A stretch of DNA of 64,000 bases from an uncultured bacterium (lineage in GTDB: Bacteria; Armatimonadota; Abditibacteriia; Abditibacteriales; Abditibacteriaceae), in the NCBI GenBank assembly GCA_963843795.1, contig CAWJLW010000010.1, positions 124,001-188,000 on the forward strand, in the 5' to 3' direction. The notes under the pieces were generated by a model. That model did not search any database. It worked only from the letters and a program-made list of their open reading frames with translations, and was not told where the DNA came from. This document shows, piece after piece, positions 9,505 through 19,808 of the stretch. A program made the translations under genes and the position numbers. The stretch's first letter is position 1; each line of letters opens with the position of its first letter.

Positions 9505-10836
9505 TTATGCGGCGCTGAGAACCGACGGGCGGCCAACTGAATAATACGTGAAGCCGTGCGCTTTCACGGTGTGCAATTCGTATAAATTGCGGCCATCAAA
9601 AATCGTCGGTTGCTTCAACAATTCTTTGAGATATTCGAAATCCGGCTCGCGGAACTTGTTCCATTCAGTCGCGATAATCAGCGCATCGGCGCCTTCGCAG
9701 CAATCATAATGACGCGCGCACAATTGCAAACCGCCATCAATCAAATCGCCGCGCAAACGCTTCACGGCTTCCATCGCTTCGGGATCATAAGCACGAATGG
9801 TTGCGCCGCGTTTTTGCAATTCTTCGATCAAAACTAGTGCGGGCGCTTCGCGAATGTCGTCGGTATTGGGCTTGAAACTTAAACCCCACAGCGCGAAATT
9901 TTTGCCCTGCAAATCATCGTCGAAATGCGCTGCGATGCGCGACAACAGCGATAACTTTTGGTCGTCGTTAATTTCAGAAGTCGCTTCCAGCAAGCGCTGC
10001 GGCGCGCCCCATTCGCGGCCCGTCGCGGCCAAGGCGCGCACATCTTTGGGAAAACAACTGCCGCCCCAACCGATGCCCGCAAACAGAAAACGCTTGCCGA
10101 TGCGGCTGTCCAGACCAACGCCCAAACGCACATCATCGACGTTCGCATCGCATCTTTCACACAAGTTGGCGATGTCGTTCATAAACGAAATCCGCATTGC
10201 GAGCATCGCGTTCGCGGCGTATTTGGTGATTTCCGCCGAGCGCGGGTCCATCGCCAGCATCGGATTGCCCGACAGCAAAAACGGATGGTACAATTCGCGC
10301 AACAGCGTTTCCGCGCGTGGCGCATCAGTTCCGATAACGACGCGTTCGGGCTTCATGAAATCATCGACCGCAACGCCTTCGCGCAAAAATTCCGGGTTGC
10401 TCGCCACATCGAATGGGTGCTGCGCGTGTTCCGCTACTGCTTCGCGCACTTTAGCCGTCGTGCCGACCGGAACTGTACTTTTAGTAACGATCAATTTATA
10501 ATCGTTCAGATAACGGCCAATATCATTTGCTGCTTTCAAAACATATGACAAATCGGCGTCGCCATTAGAAGTCGCGGGCGTTGGCAAAGCCAAGAAAATA
10601 ATCTGCGCGTGCTGCACCGCAGCTTCCAAATCGTCGGTAAAAATCAAGCGGTCTTCACGCAAATTGCGCGCAAATAAATGCTCCAATCCGGGTTCATAAA
10701 TCGGCAGATGACCGCCGCGCAAACGTTCTAACTTCGCGGCGTCCACATCGACGCACATCACATCGTTGCCCGCTTCGGCAAAGCAAACGCCCGCCACCAA
10801 ACCGACGTATCCGGTTCCAACTATCGCTAATTTCAT
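9505..10836 (-). CDS. ugd: UDP-glucose 6-dehydrogenase
   Basis: Motifs GTGYVG, KSTVPVGT, SNPEFLREG, KYAANAMLA, GWGGSCFPKD and FKPNTDDIRE. Confidence 0.95.
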   Translation of the reverse strand: MKLAIVGTGYVGLVAGVCFAEAGNDVMCVDVDAAKLERLRGGHLPIYEPGLEHLFARNLREDRLIFTDDLEAAVQHAQIIFLALPTPATSNGDADLSYVLKAANDIGRYLNDYKLIVTKSTVPVGTTAKVREAVAEHAQHPFDVASNPEFLREGVAVDDFMKPERVVIGTDAPRAETLLRELYHPFLLSGNPMLAMDPRSAEITKYAANAMLAMRISFMNDIANLCERCDANVDDVRLGVGLDSRIGKRFLFAGIGWGGSCFPKDVRALAATGREWGAPQRLLEATSEINDDQKLSLLSRIAAHFDDDLQGKNFALWGLSFKPNTDDIREAPALVLIEELQKRGATIRAYDPEAMEAVKRLRGDLIDGGLQLCARHYDCCEGADALIIATEWNKFREPDFEYLKELLKQPTIFDGRNLYELHTVKAHGFTYYSVGRPSVLSAA

Positions 10837-10895
10837 AAATCTTTTGCTAAAATTTTTCTGACCAAACGCTTTTGTTTACAGCATTTGAAGAAAGT

Positions 10896-12026
10896 TCACA
10901 CACCGCGAGTGCGCGCGACGGCCCACTGAGCCAAACGCGGCCAGTGGGAAGCCAGCGCCAGCGCGGGTGCAGTGCGTTCAGGTTCAATCAAAATGCTTTG
11001 TAACCGCGTCGCCCATTTCAAGCGTGCGCCAAATTCGCGCTGCCACGCGGCTTGATAAATCGACGCCATCTGGCCAATTTCCAATTCGCCACGCAGTGAG
11101 CTGGCAACGGTCGCTGCAGCCAACTCACCGCCGTGCAACGCCATTGCCATACCATCGCCGGTGAGCGGATGAATGAAGCCAGCGGCGTCGCCTGCGCACA
11201 AAATCGCGCCGTCGTCGCTGCAAGTACTTGCGTAGGCTTTTGCTAACGGTTGCGGCGCAGCGAAAGTGATATTAGCGGTTGCCAGCCACGGCATCGCGAG
11301 TTCCGAACAGCGCACACGCATTTTCAGGAACGGCAAATCTTTTTGCAAAGCGCTCCAAACTTCGTCGGGCGAGCGGCCATCAATAAAATCGTAGCGCGCC
11401 AGCAAACACGCGTTGACGCGCCCGCCTTCGATGCGGCTCAAGCCGCAGTAACCGCCGCGCCACGTATGCAATTCGACCAGATGCGGCGGCACATCGGCAT
11501 CCCACAAATGGGTTTTGAAGCCGACATATTTCGTCAGGCTTTCGTCTTTGGCGCGTTGCAGCGCACTGGAATTGCGTCCCGGCGCGGCGATAACACGACG
11601 CGCGCGCAAAGTTTGTCCAGAAGTGTGAACCAGAAATTCTGTGCCCTGCCGTTCAATACTTTTCACGCGCGTTTGGGTTTGCAAAATTCCGCCGCTTTCG
11701 ATGAGGGCAGCGGCCAGAATCGCGTCCAATTGCCAGCGCGAAATCGAGAGCGCGCTGCCCGGAATCGGTGTGCGAATCGCGCGTCCATTGGGCGCGACAA
11801 TGCGCGCAGAGTTAATGGAATGCGCGCCTGCGTCGAAGATTCTTTGCAAAGTGCCCAAACGTTCCAAGACGGCCTTGCTTTCGGGCGAAAGAAATTCGCC
11901 GCACACTTTGTGGCGTGGAAAGTCGCCCGCTTCAAGTGCAAGTACTTGCAGGCCGCGTTTGGCGAGGGAAATCGCTGCGCTCGCACCGCTCAGCCCAGCG
12001 CCGATAATAATAACATCGTGAATCAT
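10896..12026 (-). CDS. FAD-dependent oxidoreductase/monooxygenase (geranylgeranyl-reductase-like)
   Basis: Rossmann motif GAGLSG, FPRHKVCGEFLS and GDAAGFIHPLTGDGMAMA. Confidence 0.88.
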   Translation of the reverse strand: MIHDVIIIGAGLSGASAAISLAKRGLQVLALEAGDFPRHKVCGEFLSPESKAVLERLGTLQRIFDAGAHSINSARIVAPNGRAIRTPIPGSALSISRWQLDAILAAALIESGGILQTQTRVKSIERQGTEFLVHTSGQTLRARRVIAAPGRNSSALQRAKDESLTKYVGFKTHLWDADVPPHLVELHTWRGGYCGLSRIEGGRVNACLLARYDFIDGRSPDEVWSALQKDLPFLKMRVRCSELAMPWLATANITFAAPQPLAKAYASTCSDDGAILCAGDAAGFIHPLTGDGMAMALHGGELAAATVASSLRGELEIGQMASIYQAAWQREFGARLKWATRLQSILIEPERTAPALALASHWPRLAQWAVARTRGV

Positions 12027-12036
12027 GGTGGCAAAT

Positions 12037-12732
12037 CTACGAAAATTCCCGCGAAATTCTCATACGAAATGGAAAGTAATTGCGCACTTCCACATTTTTC
12101 AAAGGCGCAACAATCTGCCGCATTTCGGGAATTGTGTAACCGCGCCGCAACGAAGCCGTGCCATCGTGACGCGTGAGATACGAGCGCGCGAAAATCGGCC
12201 ATGTCGTGCGGAAAAACCACAAGGGCAAAATGTGGCGCACGAGGTCGTTCATCATCCAACCGACCCGCGCTACGCGCGAACATTCGTTCATCAATTGACG
12301 AATTTGCTGTGGGCGAAAATGATGCACGAACAGCGACGACATCACAATATCAACGCTGTTATCGGCAAACGGCAATTGAAAAGCATCGGCCCCACACAAA
12401 GCAAGATTTTGATTAGCGGCTTCCCGCTGTGCGATTTGCAAATGGCGACGATTGTTGTCGATGCCGATGACGCGGATTTCCAGCCCGCGCGCTTTACCGG
12501 CAGCAATTAACTGGCGCGGGATGTCGGCCAAACCGGAACCCAGATCGAGAATTGTCGCGCGCTGCAAATCGCGTTTCGTCATCCATTGCAAACAGCCATT
12601 GATGACGATGCGGCTGCCGCCCAAAGTGCGATTGATGCGCGCGATATCGCGTAGCGAACGCTCGACTTCGTGCGCGCTGCCATGTCCCAAATCGAGTAAT
12701 TCTTCGCGTTCGCGCTGTGCCAAAAAATTCAT
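12037..12732 (-). CDS. Class I SAM-dependent methyltransferase-domain protein
   Basis: ELLD...DIARINRTLGG, ILDLGSGLADI, SSLFVHHF, NDLVR and HDGTASLRRGY. ATG 12732 overlaps the upstream stop (ATGA coupling). Confidence 0.85.
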   Translation of the reverse strand: MNFLAQREREELLDLGHGSAHEVERSLRDIARINRTLGGSRIVINGCLQWMTKRDLQRATILDLGSGLADIPRQLIAAGKARGLEIRVIGIDNNRRHLQIAQREAANQNLALCGADAFQLPFADNSVDIVMSSLFVHHFRPQQIRQLMNECSRVARVGWMMNDLVRHILPLWFFRTTWPIFARSYLTRHDGTASLRRGYTIPEMRQIVAPLKNVEVRNYFPFRMRISREFS

Positions 12733-13991
12733 GAGGACGAGCGTTTCAAAATCAGGGCGGCGTTTTTCGAGCCGAAACCCAAGCAGTTGCACAGCGCAGT
12801 TTCCACATCCAAAACGCGTGAAACGTTGGGCACATAATCTAAATCGCACATTTCATCGGCGTGATCAAGATTGATAGTGGGTGGCACGAAACCATGGTGC
12901 ATGGCGGCCAAAGTCGCGGCGACGCCTGCCGCGCCGCTTGCACCTTGTGCATGACCAATTTGCGACTTGGTCGCGCTCATGCAAGTACTTGCCGCATGAC
13001 GCCCAAGCGCCAATTTCACAGCTGCGGTTTCCATCGGATCGTTCTGCGCCGTTGCGGTACCGTGCAGATTCACGTAATCAATTTGTTCGGCAGCAACTTC
13101 GGCATCGTCCATTGCCATTTTCATCGCGCGCGCGGCCTCGTCGGGTTCGCTTAGAGCAACGCGATGAAAAGCCTCGCAACTCGCGCCGTAACCGGCGATT
13201 TCGGCCCAAATTTTCGCGCCGCGTTGCAAAGCGGCTTCGCGTTCCTCGACTACAAACATCCACGCGCCCTCGCCCAACACAAAGCCATCGCGTCGCGTGT
13301 CAAATGGCCGACTGGCTTTTTCGGGACAATCGTTCCAGTGCGTGGGCACAGCGCGCATCAAGCAAAAAGCGGCGATGGTTCCGGGCGTAATCGGCGCATC
13401 GGCACCGCCGCACAGCAAGCGCGTGGCGCGACCGTTACGAATCAAATCCAACGCGTTGCCCAGCGCATCGCTGGAGCTGGTGCAGCCATCGGAATAAGTG
13501 TGCGAGCGCCCGCGCAGATTGAACGCGATAGAAAGTTCCGACGACAGCATTCCAGCAATCGAACTGGAAACCGCATACGGCGAAAGACCTTTAGTCTGGC
13601 CACGATACCAGAGCGAAAATTGCGCTTCGGCGAACGAAAAACCGCCGCCGCCGCTGCCGATAACAACACCGGTTTCGCGCTGCGCTTCGCGCGTGGCATC
13701 TTGCCATTCAATGCCGGCACAAGCCAGGGCTTCGTGTGCGGCGGCAATCGCCATGGGCACCGCGCGCGGCACACGCGTCAAATCTTTGCTACTTACCCAC
13801 TGCGCGGCGTCGAAATCGGGCACCTGAGCGGCCACGCGACACGGCAAAGGTTCGCCTTGCGGATCGACTGGATCGAACAAAGAAATCGCGCCGGTTGCTG
13901 AACGACCAGCACGCAAACCTTGCGTCCAATTTTCCCATCCGCTGCCAAGGGGCGAAACCACGCCCACACCTGTAATAACGGCTGTTTTCAT
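12729..13991 (-). CDS. fabF: Beta-ketoacyl-ACP synthase II-like ketosynthase (FabF paralogue)
   Basis: Catalytic Cys in SDGCTSS, His in NLHGTATAQND and KSQIGHAQGASG, plus SRPFDTRRDGFVLGEGA. No adjacent acp or fab genes, so it may not be the housekeeping copy. Confidence 0.8.
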   Translation of the reverse strand: MKTAVITGVGVVSPLGSGWENWTQGLRAGRSATGAISLFDPVDPQGEPLPCRVAAQVPDFDAAQWVSSKDLTRVPRAVPMAIAAAHEALACAGIEWQDATREAQRETGVVIGSGGGGFSFAEAQFSLWYRGQTKGLSPYAVSSSIAGMLSSELSIAFNLRGRSHTYSDGCTSSSDALGNALDLIRNGRATRLLCGGADAPITPGTIAAFCLMRAVPTHWNDCPEKASRPFDTRRDGFVLGEGAWMFVVEEREAALQRGAKIWAEIAGYGASCEAFHRVALSEPDEAARAMKMAMDDAEVAAEQIDYVNLHGTATAQNDPMETAAVKLALGRHAASTCMSATKSQIGHAQGASGAAGVAATLAAMHHGFVPPTINLDHADEMCDLDYVPNVSRVLDVETALCNCLGFGSKNAALILKRSSS

Positions 13992-14086
13992 GATAGAGCA
14001 GCGACGAATGGGAATACTCAAAGTTACCTGGCAATTACAGAAAACAGTTATTGATAGCGAAAAAGCTCACTGGCAAGTAGTCGTTG

Positions 14087-14839
14087 CTATTGCACAGCCA
14101 ATTTTTGTTGCGCATGATAGGCGGCGATGATTTCCTGCGGCGCACCATCGCGATGCAGGCGATGATTATCGAGCCACAGAATGCGGTCGCTGACGCGCTC
14201 GATGGCGCGCATATCATGCGAAACGAAGAAAATCGTCGCGCCCCGCGCTTTAAACTCTTCGATTTTACGATAGCATTTTTCTTGAAATTCTTCGTCGCCC
14301 ACCGCTAAAACTTCATCGACCAAAAGCACTTCGGGGTCGAGATGCGCGGCCACACCAAAGCCCAGACGCGCGGTCATGCCGCTCGAATAATGTTTGACCG
14401 GCGTGTCAATAAATTCTTCCAATTCGGCCCATTTCACAATGTCATCGACGCGCGTGCCCAGTTGCTCGCGAGTGAAACCCATAATCACGCCGTTGAGGAG
14501 AATGTTTTCCAAACCGGTGAATTCGGGATGAAAACCGGCGCCCAATTCCAACAAAGTCGCCACGCGTCCGCGCACCGTGATTGTGCCGGTCGTCGGTTTA
14601 TAAATGCGCGATAAAAGCGTTAATAAAGTACTTTTGCCGCTGCCGTTGCGCCCGATAACTCCCACAGTTTGGCCGCGTGGAATCGCGAACGAGACGTCTT
14701 GAAGCGCGGTAAATTCTTCGCGGTGCGGACGGCGCCCGATCATGCGTTTAAGCGCTGCCGATTTCAGGCTGCTTTCGCGATGCAAGACACGAAACACTTT
14801 GCTCAAATTCTCGACTTCTATCGCGTTTTCAATGGCCAT
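14087..14839 (-). CDS. wzt: Polysaccharide ABC exporter ATP-binding subunit (Wzt/TagH family)
   Basis: Walker A GRNGSGKST, LELGAGFHPEFTG, signature YSSGM and Walker B LLVDEVLAVGD. Confidence 0.9.
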   Translation of the reverse strand: MAIENAIEVENLSKVFRVLHRESSLKSAALKRMIGRRPHREEFTALQDVSFAIPRGQTVGVIGRNGSGKSTLLTLLSRIYKPTTGTITVRGRVATLLELGAGFHPEFTGLENILLNGVIMGFTREQLGTRVDDIVKWAELEEFIDTPVKHYSSGMTARLGFGVAAHLDPEVLLVDEVLAVGDEEFQEKCYRKIEEFKARGATIFFVSHDMRAIERVSDRILWLDNHRLHRDGAPQEIIAAYHAQQKLAVQ

Positions 14840-14846
14840 AAAAAAT

Positions 14847-15695
14847 TTATAGTCGCTCCGACATTTCCCATTTGAAACGTTCGAACAAAAGAAAGCCAAC
14901 AACCAAAATCAAAACGCTCATCGCGCACGCGCACAAAAAATACGGCATGAGCTGCGAAATATCGAAGGGCGGCAAGCGGTTGCCCAGCGCATCTTTCACT
15001 TCGGGCGGATAAAGCATGGCGCGCTGATACGTCGTGACAAACGTCGCAATCGGATTCAAAAGATATAAATGGAATAACGGCGAATCGGCGCCCAATTTCT
15101 GACGCACATCTTCTATCGTATAAAGCAACGGAAGGAAATAAAAGAAAATTCCGGTAATCGCAGTCACAATGAACCGCACGTCCTCATAAAACACATTGAG
15201 ATAGGACAGAATGAGATTGCAGCCCAGACAGAAAACGAAAGTAAAAAAGATAACTGGAACAACCAGCAACGTTTCGAGACGCAAATGATGCGGATAAGAG
15301 CCGAGCCACAGCAGATAAAGCACAGTGAAGCCGAACGAAACCGCGAAATGAAATAGATTGCCCAAAAGCGTGGAAAGCGGCAAAATCGCGCGTGGAAAGT
15401 AAATTTTGCGCACCAATGGCGCGTTTTGCAAAATCGAGACGGCACCATCGGACAAGGCCGCCTGCACGAAATTCCACAGAAACAGTGCGCACAAAAGATA
15501 CGCCGAATAATTCTCGACCGGATTGGCTTTGAAAAACTGCATCACAATTGTGATGGCAGCGACTTGCATCAGGGGCGCAAGCAGGCTCCATGCGATGCCG
15601 CCGATGGAATTTTTGTAGCGCAATTTTAAATCGCGCCGCGCCAATTCTAAAATCAGCGGTCGATAATGCCAGATTTCACGCAAACTTTCGAGCAT
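14847..15695 (-). CDS. wzm: Polysaccharide ABC exporter permease (Wzm family)
   Basis: RRDLKLRYKNSIGGIAWSLLAP, LVRKIYFPR and LNP motifs, six hydrophobic segments, adjacent to wzt. Confidence 0.9.
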   Translation of the reverse strand: MLESLREIWHYRPLILELARRDLKLRYKNSIGGIAWSLLAPLMQVAAITIVMQFFKANPVENYSAYLLCALFLWNFVQAALSDGAVSILQNAPLVRKIYFPRAILPLSTLLGNLFHFAVSFGFTVLYLLWLGSYPHHLRLETLLVVPVIFFTFVFCLGCNLILSYLNVFYEDVRFIVTAITGIFFYFLPLLYTIEDVRQKLGADSPLFHLYLLNPIATFVTTYQRAMLYPPEVKDALGNRLPPFDISQLMPYFLCACAMSVLILVVGFLLFERFKWEMSERL

Positions 15696-15724
15696 GGTTA
15701 AAGAAAAAGCGCTTTCGCGCGCGC

Positions 15725-15756
15725 AAATCTGCCCGCAAGTACTTGCGGGCAGATTT
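15725..15756. terminator. 32-bp perfect palindrome centred on the core motif
   Basis: aaatctgcccgcaagtacttgcgggcagattt, downstream of the M16 gene pair. Confidence 0.55.
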
Positions 15757-15798
15757 TTCTATGTCCCTAAACGTCCCTAAACGGAATTCCAACAATTT

Positions 15799-17223
15799 TT
15801 ATAAACCGAAACTGGTTGGCGCTTGTGGCAGCACGAGAGCAACAGCGTAAGAGTTCAAGTACTTTTTGGCCGCTTCTTGCACATCCTGCGCAGTCACTTT
15901 TTGTAGTCGCGTGGGCCAGGTCGAATCGAGCAGGGGCTGTGCGGCCATGCCGTTTGTCAGCGAAAACGCCAGCGCCGATTGATACGCGCGCTCTTGCAGA
16001 GATTGACGGTCGGTCGCCCACGCGCCGCGCGCGAAATTTTTGGCCGCTGCCAGTTCGTTCGCGCTTAAGAGTGTGTCTTTCAAGCGCTGCACTTCGCCCA
16101 GCATCACATTTTTCACGCCTTCGACCTGACTCGTTTCGGTCAGAGCGAACAAGACGAACTCGCCGCGAAAACGGCGCGGCGCGAAATCGATCACCAACGT
16201 GTCGGCAGTTGGCACGACGCCGCTAATGCGACCGCGCGTATCGAGCAAGCGTTTGGGCAAGCGCGCTTGTGGCGACTTGCCCAGCGCCGCCGCAAGTACT
16301 TGCAGCGCAGGCCAATTTTCGGCACCCAAGCCACTGGAGTTCCCGGTCGTGTAAGTGATGAAAACCCAAGCGCCCGGCGTTTGCATCTGCCGCACGACAA
16401 GTGGCGGTTGTTTCACATCAGGCGTGACGAAATAAGGCGCGGCTTTGGGAATTACGCTCGCTGGAGCTACGTCTGGAGCTACGTCAAGGTTCTGACTCAG
16501 CAGATTTTTAAGCGCATTGGGATCGAAATCGCCAGCGATGGCAATCACCTGACGCGCCGGATTGAAATACATTTTGTGCAGTTCGCGCACGCGTTCAGCA
16601 GTGAGCGCATTGAGCGACTGCAAAGTGCCTGTGCCGGGCAAACCGTAGGCGACCAGTTCACCGCGCGCATCGCGATACAATCGTTCGCGCAAAGCGGTCG
16701 AGGCGCGTCCCGCAACGTCGTCGCTTTCGTTTTCCAATTGCGCCAACAAACCGCGTCGCGCGCGGTCGATATCGGCATCGGAAAGGCGCGGATTCTCGAC
16801 TAAGGTGCGAATCAGGGCCAGCAGTTCGGGCATTTTCGTAGACGAACCGCTCAAGGAAAACGCGATGCTGTCATCGCCGACTGCCGCGCCGAACTGTCCG
16901 CCCAGCATATCAGCGCGCTGTTGCAATTGCAGGCCGGTCAGAAATTCGCCGTTAGGGTTGCCCGGAGGACGCGAGGCGCGCAGCATGGCATCGGTTAGCA
17001 AGCGCCTCCAACCGGCGTTCTCGGCAGTTTCGTCAGCGGCTCCGGCAAGTACCTGCAGAGAAATCGCCACGCGCGGTGCGGTGCGGTCGGGCCGCAAGAT
17101 CAGGTTTTGGCCCGACGGCAATGTGAGCTGAGTTTCCGGCGCGGGCGCGGCTTGAGCCGACGCGGACAGCGCGCTGATGCCCAGCAGGGCGCTTAGCAAA
17201 AGAGGGAATTTGATGGTTTTCAT
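15799..17223 (-). CDS. Secreted M16 (pitrilysin/insulinase)-family protein, non-catalytic
   Basis: Signal peptide from ATG 17223. M16-fold cues are LPSGQNLIL, YFNPARQVIAIAGDF and VTAQDVQEAAKKYL. No HxxEH motif. Confidence 0.8.
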   Translation of the reverse strand: MKTIKFPLLLSALLGISALSASAQAAPAPETQLTLPSGQNLILRPDRTAPRVAISLQVLAGAADETAENAGWRRLLTDAMLRASRPPGNPNGEFLTGLQLQQRADMLGGQFGAAVGDDSIAFSLSGSSTKMPELLALIRTLVENPRLSDADIDRARRGLLAQLENESDDVAGRASTALRERLYRDARGELVAYGLPGTGTLQSLNALTAERVRELHKMYFNPARQVIAIAGDFDPNALKNLLSQNLDVAPDVAPASVIPKAAPYFVTPDVKQPPLVVRQMQTPGAWVFITYTTGNSSGLGAENWPALQVLAAALGKSPQARLPKRLLDTRGRISGVVPTADTLVIDFAPRRFRGEFVLFALTETSQVEGVKNVMLGEVQRLKDTLLSANELAAAKNFARGAWATDRQSLQERAYQSALAFSLTNGMAAQPLLDSTWPTRLQKVTAQDVQEAAKKYLNSYAVALVLPQAPTSFGL

Positions 17224-17238
17224 GGCGTGGTTATGGAA

Positions 17239-17264
17239 GAGCTGTGCAAGTACTTGCACAGCTC
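17239..17264. repeat. 26-bp perfect palindrome centred on the core motif, between the two M16 genes
   Basis: gagctgtgcaagtacttgcacagctc, 4 nt after the stop at 17269. Confidence 0.85.
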
Positions 17265-17268
17265 GTTT

Positions 17269-18840
17269 TCAACCGTTATTCTGCGCTGCAAGTACTTGCG
17301 CCTGAGGCAACTGCGCCGTAATGACGCCGCTGCCGAAGTTGGGCGAGTTGGGCGTGGGATTTTGCGGCAGTGGCTCGATAACACATTGCAGGCTGCGCGC
17401 GCGTGTGAGATAAGTTTTGGCCACGCGCTGCAAGTCGGCTGCGGTGACACGTTCGATGCGCGGCAGATATTTGACTGCGAAATCGTAACTGTCGATAGTA
17501 TCGTAAAAGCCCAGCGCGCCGGCCTGACCGGAAACCGTTTCGCCCTGTTCGATATATTGCTGGCTTAAATTACGTTTGGCGCGCACTACGTCTTCGGACG
17601 GAACGCCGTTGGCTACACGCGCGATTTCTTTAAAAATCGCTTCGACAGCTTCGCGGCGGTCGCTGGGTTCAATCGCCATCGTCACGATAAATAAGCCCGG
17701 ATCGCGCTGCGTCAGAAAATCGACATCGTAACCTAAAGCCAACGGCGTTTTACCCGCATCGCCATCGTTTTCCTGCGGTGCGTTCTCGTCGGGCGGTTCC
17801 GCATCTTCGCTGGGAGATTTTCCGTTGCGTGGCTCGAGCAAAGCACGACGCAGGTTGGCATTCGGACCTTCGCGCCACATCGCTAGCAACACGTCGATAG
17901 CGATTACATCATCGACGTTTTTCACACCCGGAGCCGGAAATGCCAGCGCCAATGCCGTGCGATTGATAGCGCGTTGGCGCACGATCTGTTTCTCGGCACC
18001 GTTGACTGTTTCGGGCGCGGAAACGGTTTCGGGCGCAGCGGCTTTGGGCGCTGCACTGAAGTTGCGCTCGATCATGAGGTGCGCTTGTTCCGCGCGCACG
18101 TCGCCAGCCACGATGACGCTGATATTGCGGCCCACATAATTGCGCGCATAAAAATCGCGCACACGTTTCGCGGGCATGGTTTCGATGTTGAGCACACTGC
18201 CGCCGGCGGCTTTGCTGTAAGGATGCTTGGCGAACGCGGCACGATACGCCAAATCGGCAGCCACCGACAGCGGATCGGCTTCGCGCAACTGCTGCGCGTT
18301 GAGCACGGAAATTTTGGCTTCTTCGATGGCGCTATCGCTGAGAATGGGATTCAAAACCGCATCGCCCAGCGCGCGCAACGCTTGCGGCAAAAAACCGGCA
18401 TCGACGGTCGCGGTGAAAAACGTTGCATCGCGCGAAGTGAGCGAATTGGTATCGCCGCCCAGCACGGCAATCGCATCGGCCACGCCGCCATTGAGCGCGC
18501 CCACCGCGCGCGGATAAGCTTTGGAAGCCCGTAGCGCGAGCGCTTCCACTAGATGCGCTGCGCCGCTTTCGGCCTGTGTTTCATAACGACTACCTGCACT
18601 CACCCAAATTTGCACGCTGACCAAGCCCGTACCGCGCGTTTCGCGCACCACGCCGCGCACGCCATTGGGCAACGTTTTCACCGACAGGGCCGCAGCTGGA
18701 AACAACGGGGCAGGCGACCATCCTGCGGCAGTTTCAGAAATTTTGGGCGCGGAGTTTTGCGCGTGTGCGATGGGCGCGCCAAGACAGGCGCCAAGAACAC
18801 AAAAAATGACGGGATTAAGGCGCGAAAAAAATGGATTCAT
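17269..18840 (-). CDS. Secreted M16-family peptidase-like protein with degenerate zinc motif
   Basis: Signal peptide, LPNGVR, AGSRYE, GAAHLVEAL (HxxEH changed to HxxEA), HPY and VTAADLQRVAKTYL. Confidence 0.85.
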   Translation of the reverse strand: MNPFFSRLNPVIFCVLGACLGAPIAHAQNSAPKISETAAGWSPAPLFPAAALSVKTLPNGVRGVVRETRGTGLVSVQIWVSAGSRYETQAESGAAHLVEALALRASKAYPRAVGALNGGVADAIAVLGGDTNSLTSRDATFFTATVDAGFLPQALRALGDAVLNPILSDSAIEEAKISVLNAQQLREADPLSVAADLAYRAAFAKHPYSKAAGGSVLNIETMPAKRVRDFYARNYVGRNISVIVAGDVRAEQAHLMIERNFSAAPKAAAPETVSAPETVNGAEKQIVRQRAINRTALALAFPAPGVKNVDDVIAIDVLLAMWREGPNANLRRALLEPRNGKSPSEDAEPPDENAPQENDGDAGKTPLALGYDVDFLTQRDPGLFIVTMAIEPSDRREAVEAIFKEIARVANGVPSEDVVRAKRNLSQQYIEQGETVSGQAGALGFYDTIDSYDFAVKYLPRIERVTAADLQRVAKTYLTRARSLQCVIEPLPQNPTPNSPNFGSGVITAQLPQAQVLAAQNNG

Positions 18841-18973
18841 AACGGAAGTTAAATTGACTTTGGTCTTACAAAGGGGCGCAACACGCGTTGATTGATTATT
18901 TCATATTTGGGCGTTCACCGCTATTTTCTGCTCGAAACGCCCTGCAAGTACTTGCAGCACAGCAGCGCGTAGC

Positions 18974-19735
18974 TCATCGGCGTGGGGGCAGTGCGCTTTT
19001 CGATTTCGAGATCCCTTTAGAATGGGTTGACCTCGCTGCTTTGGGCGCTTCCTTGTTTTTCCACCACGGCTTGATGCGCCACGCCCACAAAGCGCCGGTG
19101 AGGAAACCGCCGACGTGCGCCATCCACGCCACACTATCGGCCCCGATTTCCATTGGCGAACCAACTGTTGCATTCACAACTTGCATCGCAATCCACAGCG
19201 CCAAAAACAAAAGAGAGGGCACTGGAAAAATCCAGATCGGCGGTACGTAAGTGAGAATCCACGACTTGGGATGCAGCACGAAATGTGCGCCTAAAACGCC
19301 CGCAATCGCCCCCGATGCGCCGATTAATGGCGAATTGGTGTAAGGATGAGTGACCACGAAAAACAGCGCGGCAGCCACGCCGCACACCAGATAGAAAAGC
19401 GGAAATAGCAGGCGCCCCATGCGATCTTCAACCGCCGGACCAAACACCCACAAAAACCACATATTGCCCGCGATATGAAGCCAGCCGCCGTGCAAAAACA
19501 TCGAACTCAACAGCGGCTGCCACAAAAATTTTGCGTCTTGCGGCAGCGCGATCTCGCAGGCACCGGGCGCGAAATAACAATTTGGCCGCACCGCCAAATT
19601 CATCATCATTTCATTTCCGTGCCCACTCATCGCCAGCGACAACTGCCACGCAAACGCGATGACATTCAGCAACACCAACAAGCGTGTGATGATGGGCGGG
19701 CGGCTGGGACGATGCACATCGCGAAGGGGAAACAT
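18974..19735 (-). CDS. Rhomboid family intramembrane serine protease
   Basis: SMFLHGGWLHIAGNM, catalytic Ser in GASG and catalytic His in AHVGG. ATG 19735 (MFPLRD) is the likely start. Confidence 0.92.
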   Translation of the reverse strand: MFPLRDVHRPSRPPIITRLLVLLNVIAFAWQLSLAMSGHGNEMMMNLAVRPNCYFAPGACEIALPQDAKFLWQPLLSSMFLHGGWLHIAGNMWFLWVFGPAVEDRMGRLLFPLFYLVCGVAAALFFVVTHPYTNSPLIGASGAIAGVLGAHFVLHPKSWILTYVPPIWIFPVPSLLFLALWIAMQVVNATVGSPMEIGADSVAWMAHVGGFLTGALWAWRIKPWWKNKEAPKAARSTHSKGISKSKSALPPRR

Positions 19736-19808
19736 AGGAGAGAATCGGAATTGGGAAACTGTCGCGGTGCTGAACTGCACTCAAGTGATTGCAGCGCAGT
19801 TCAATTTT

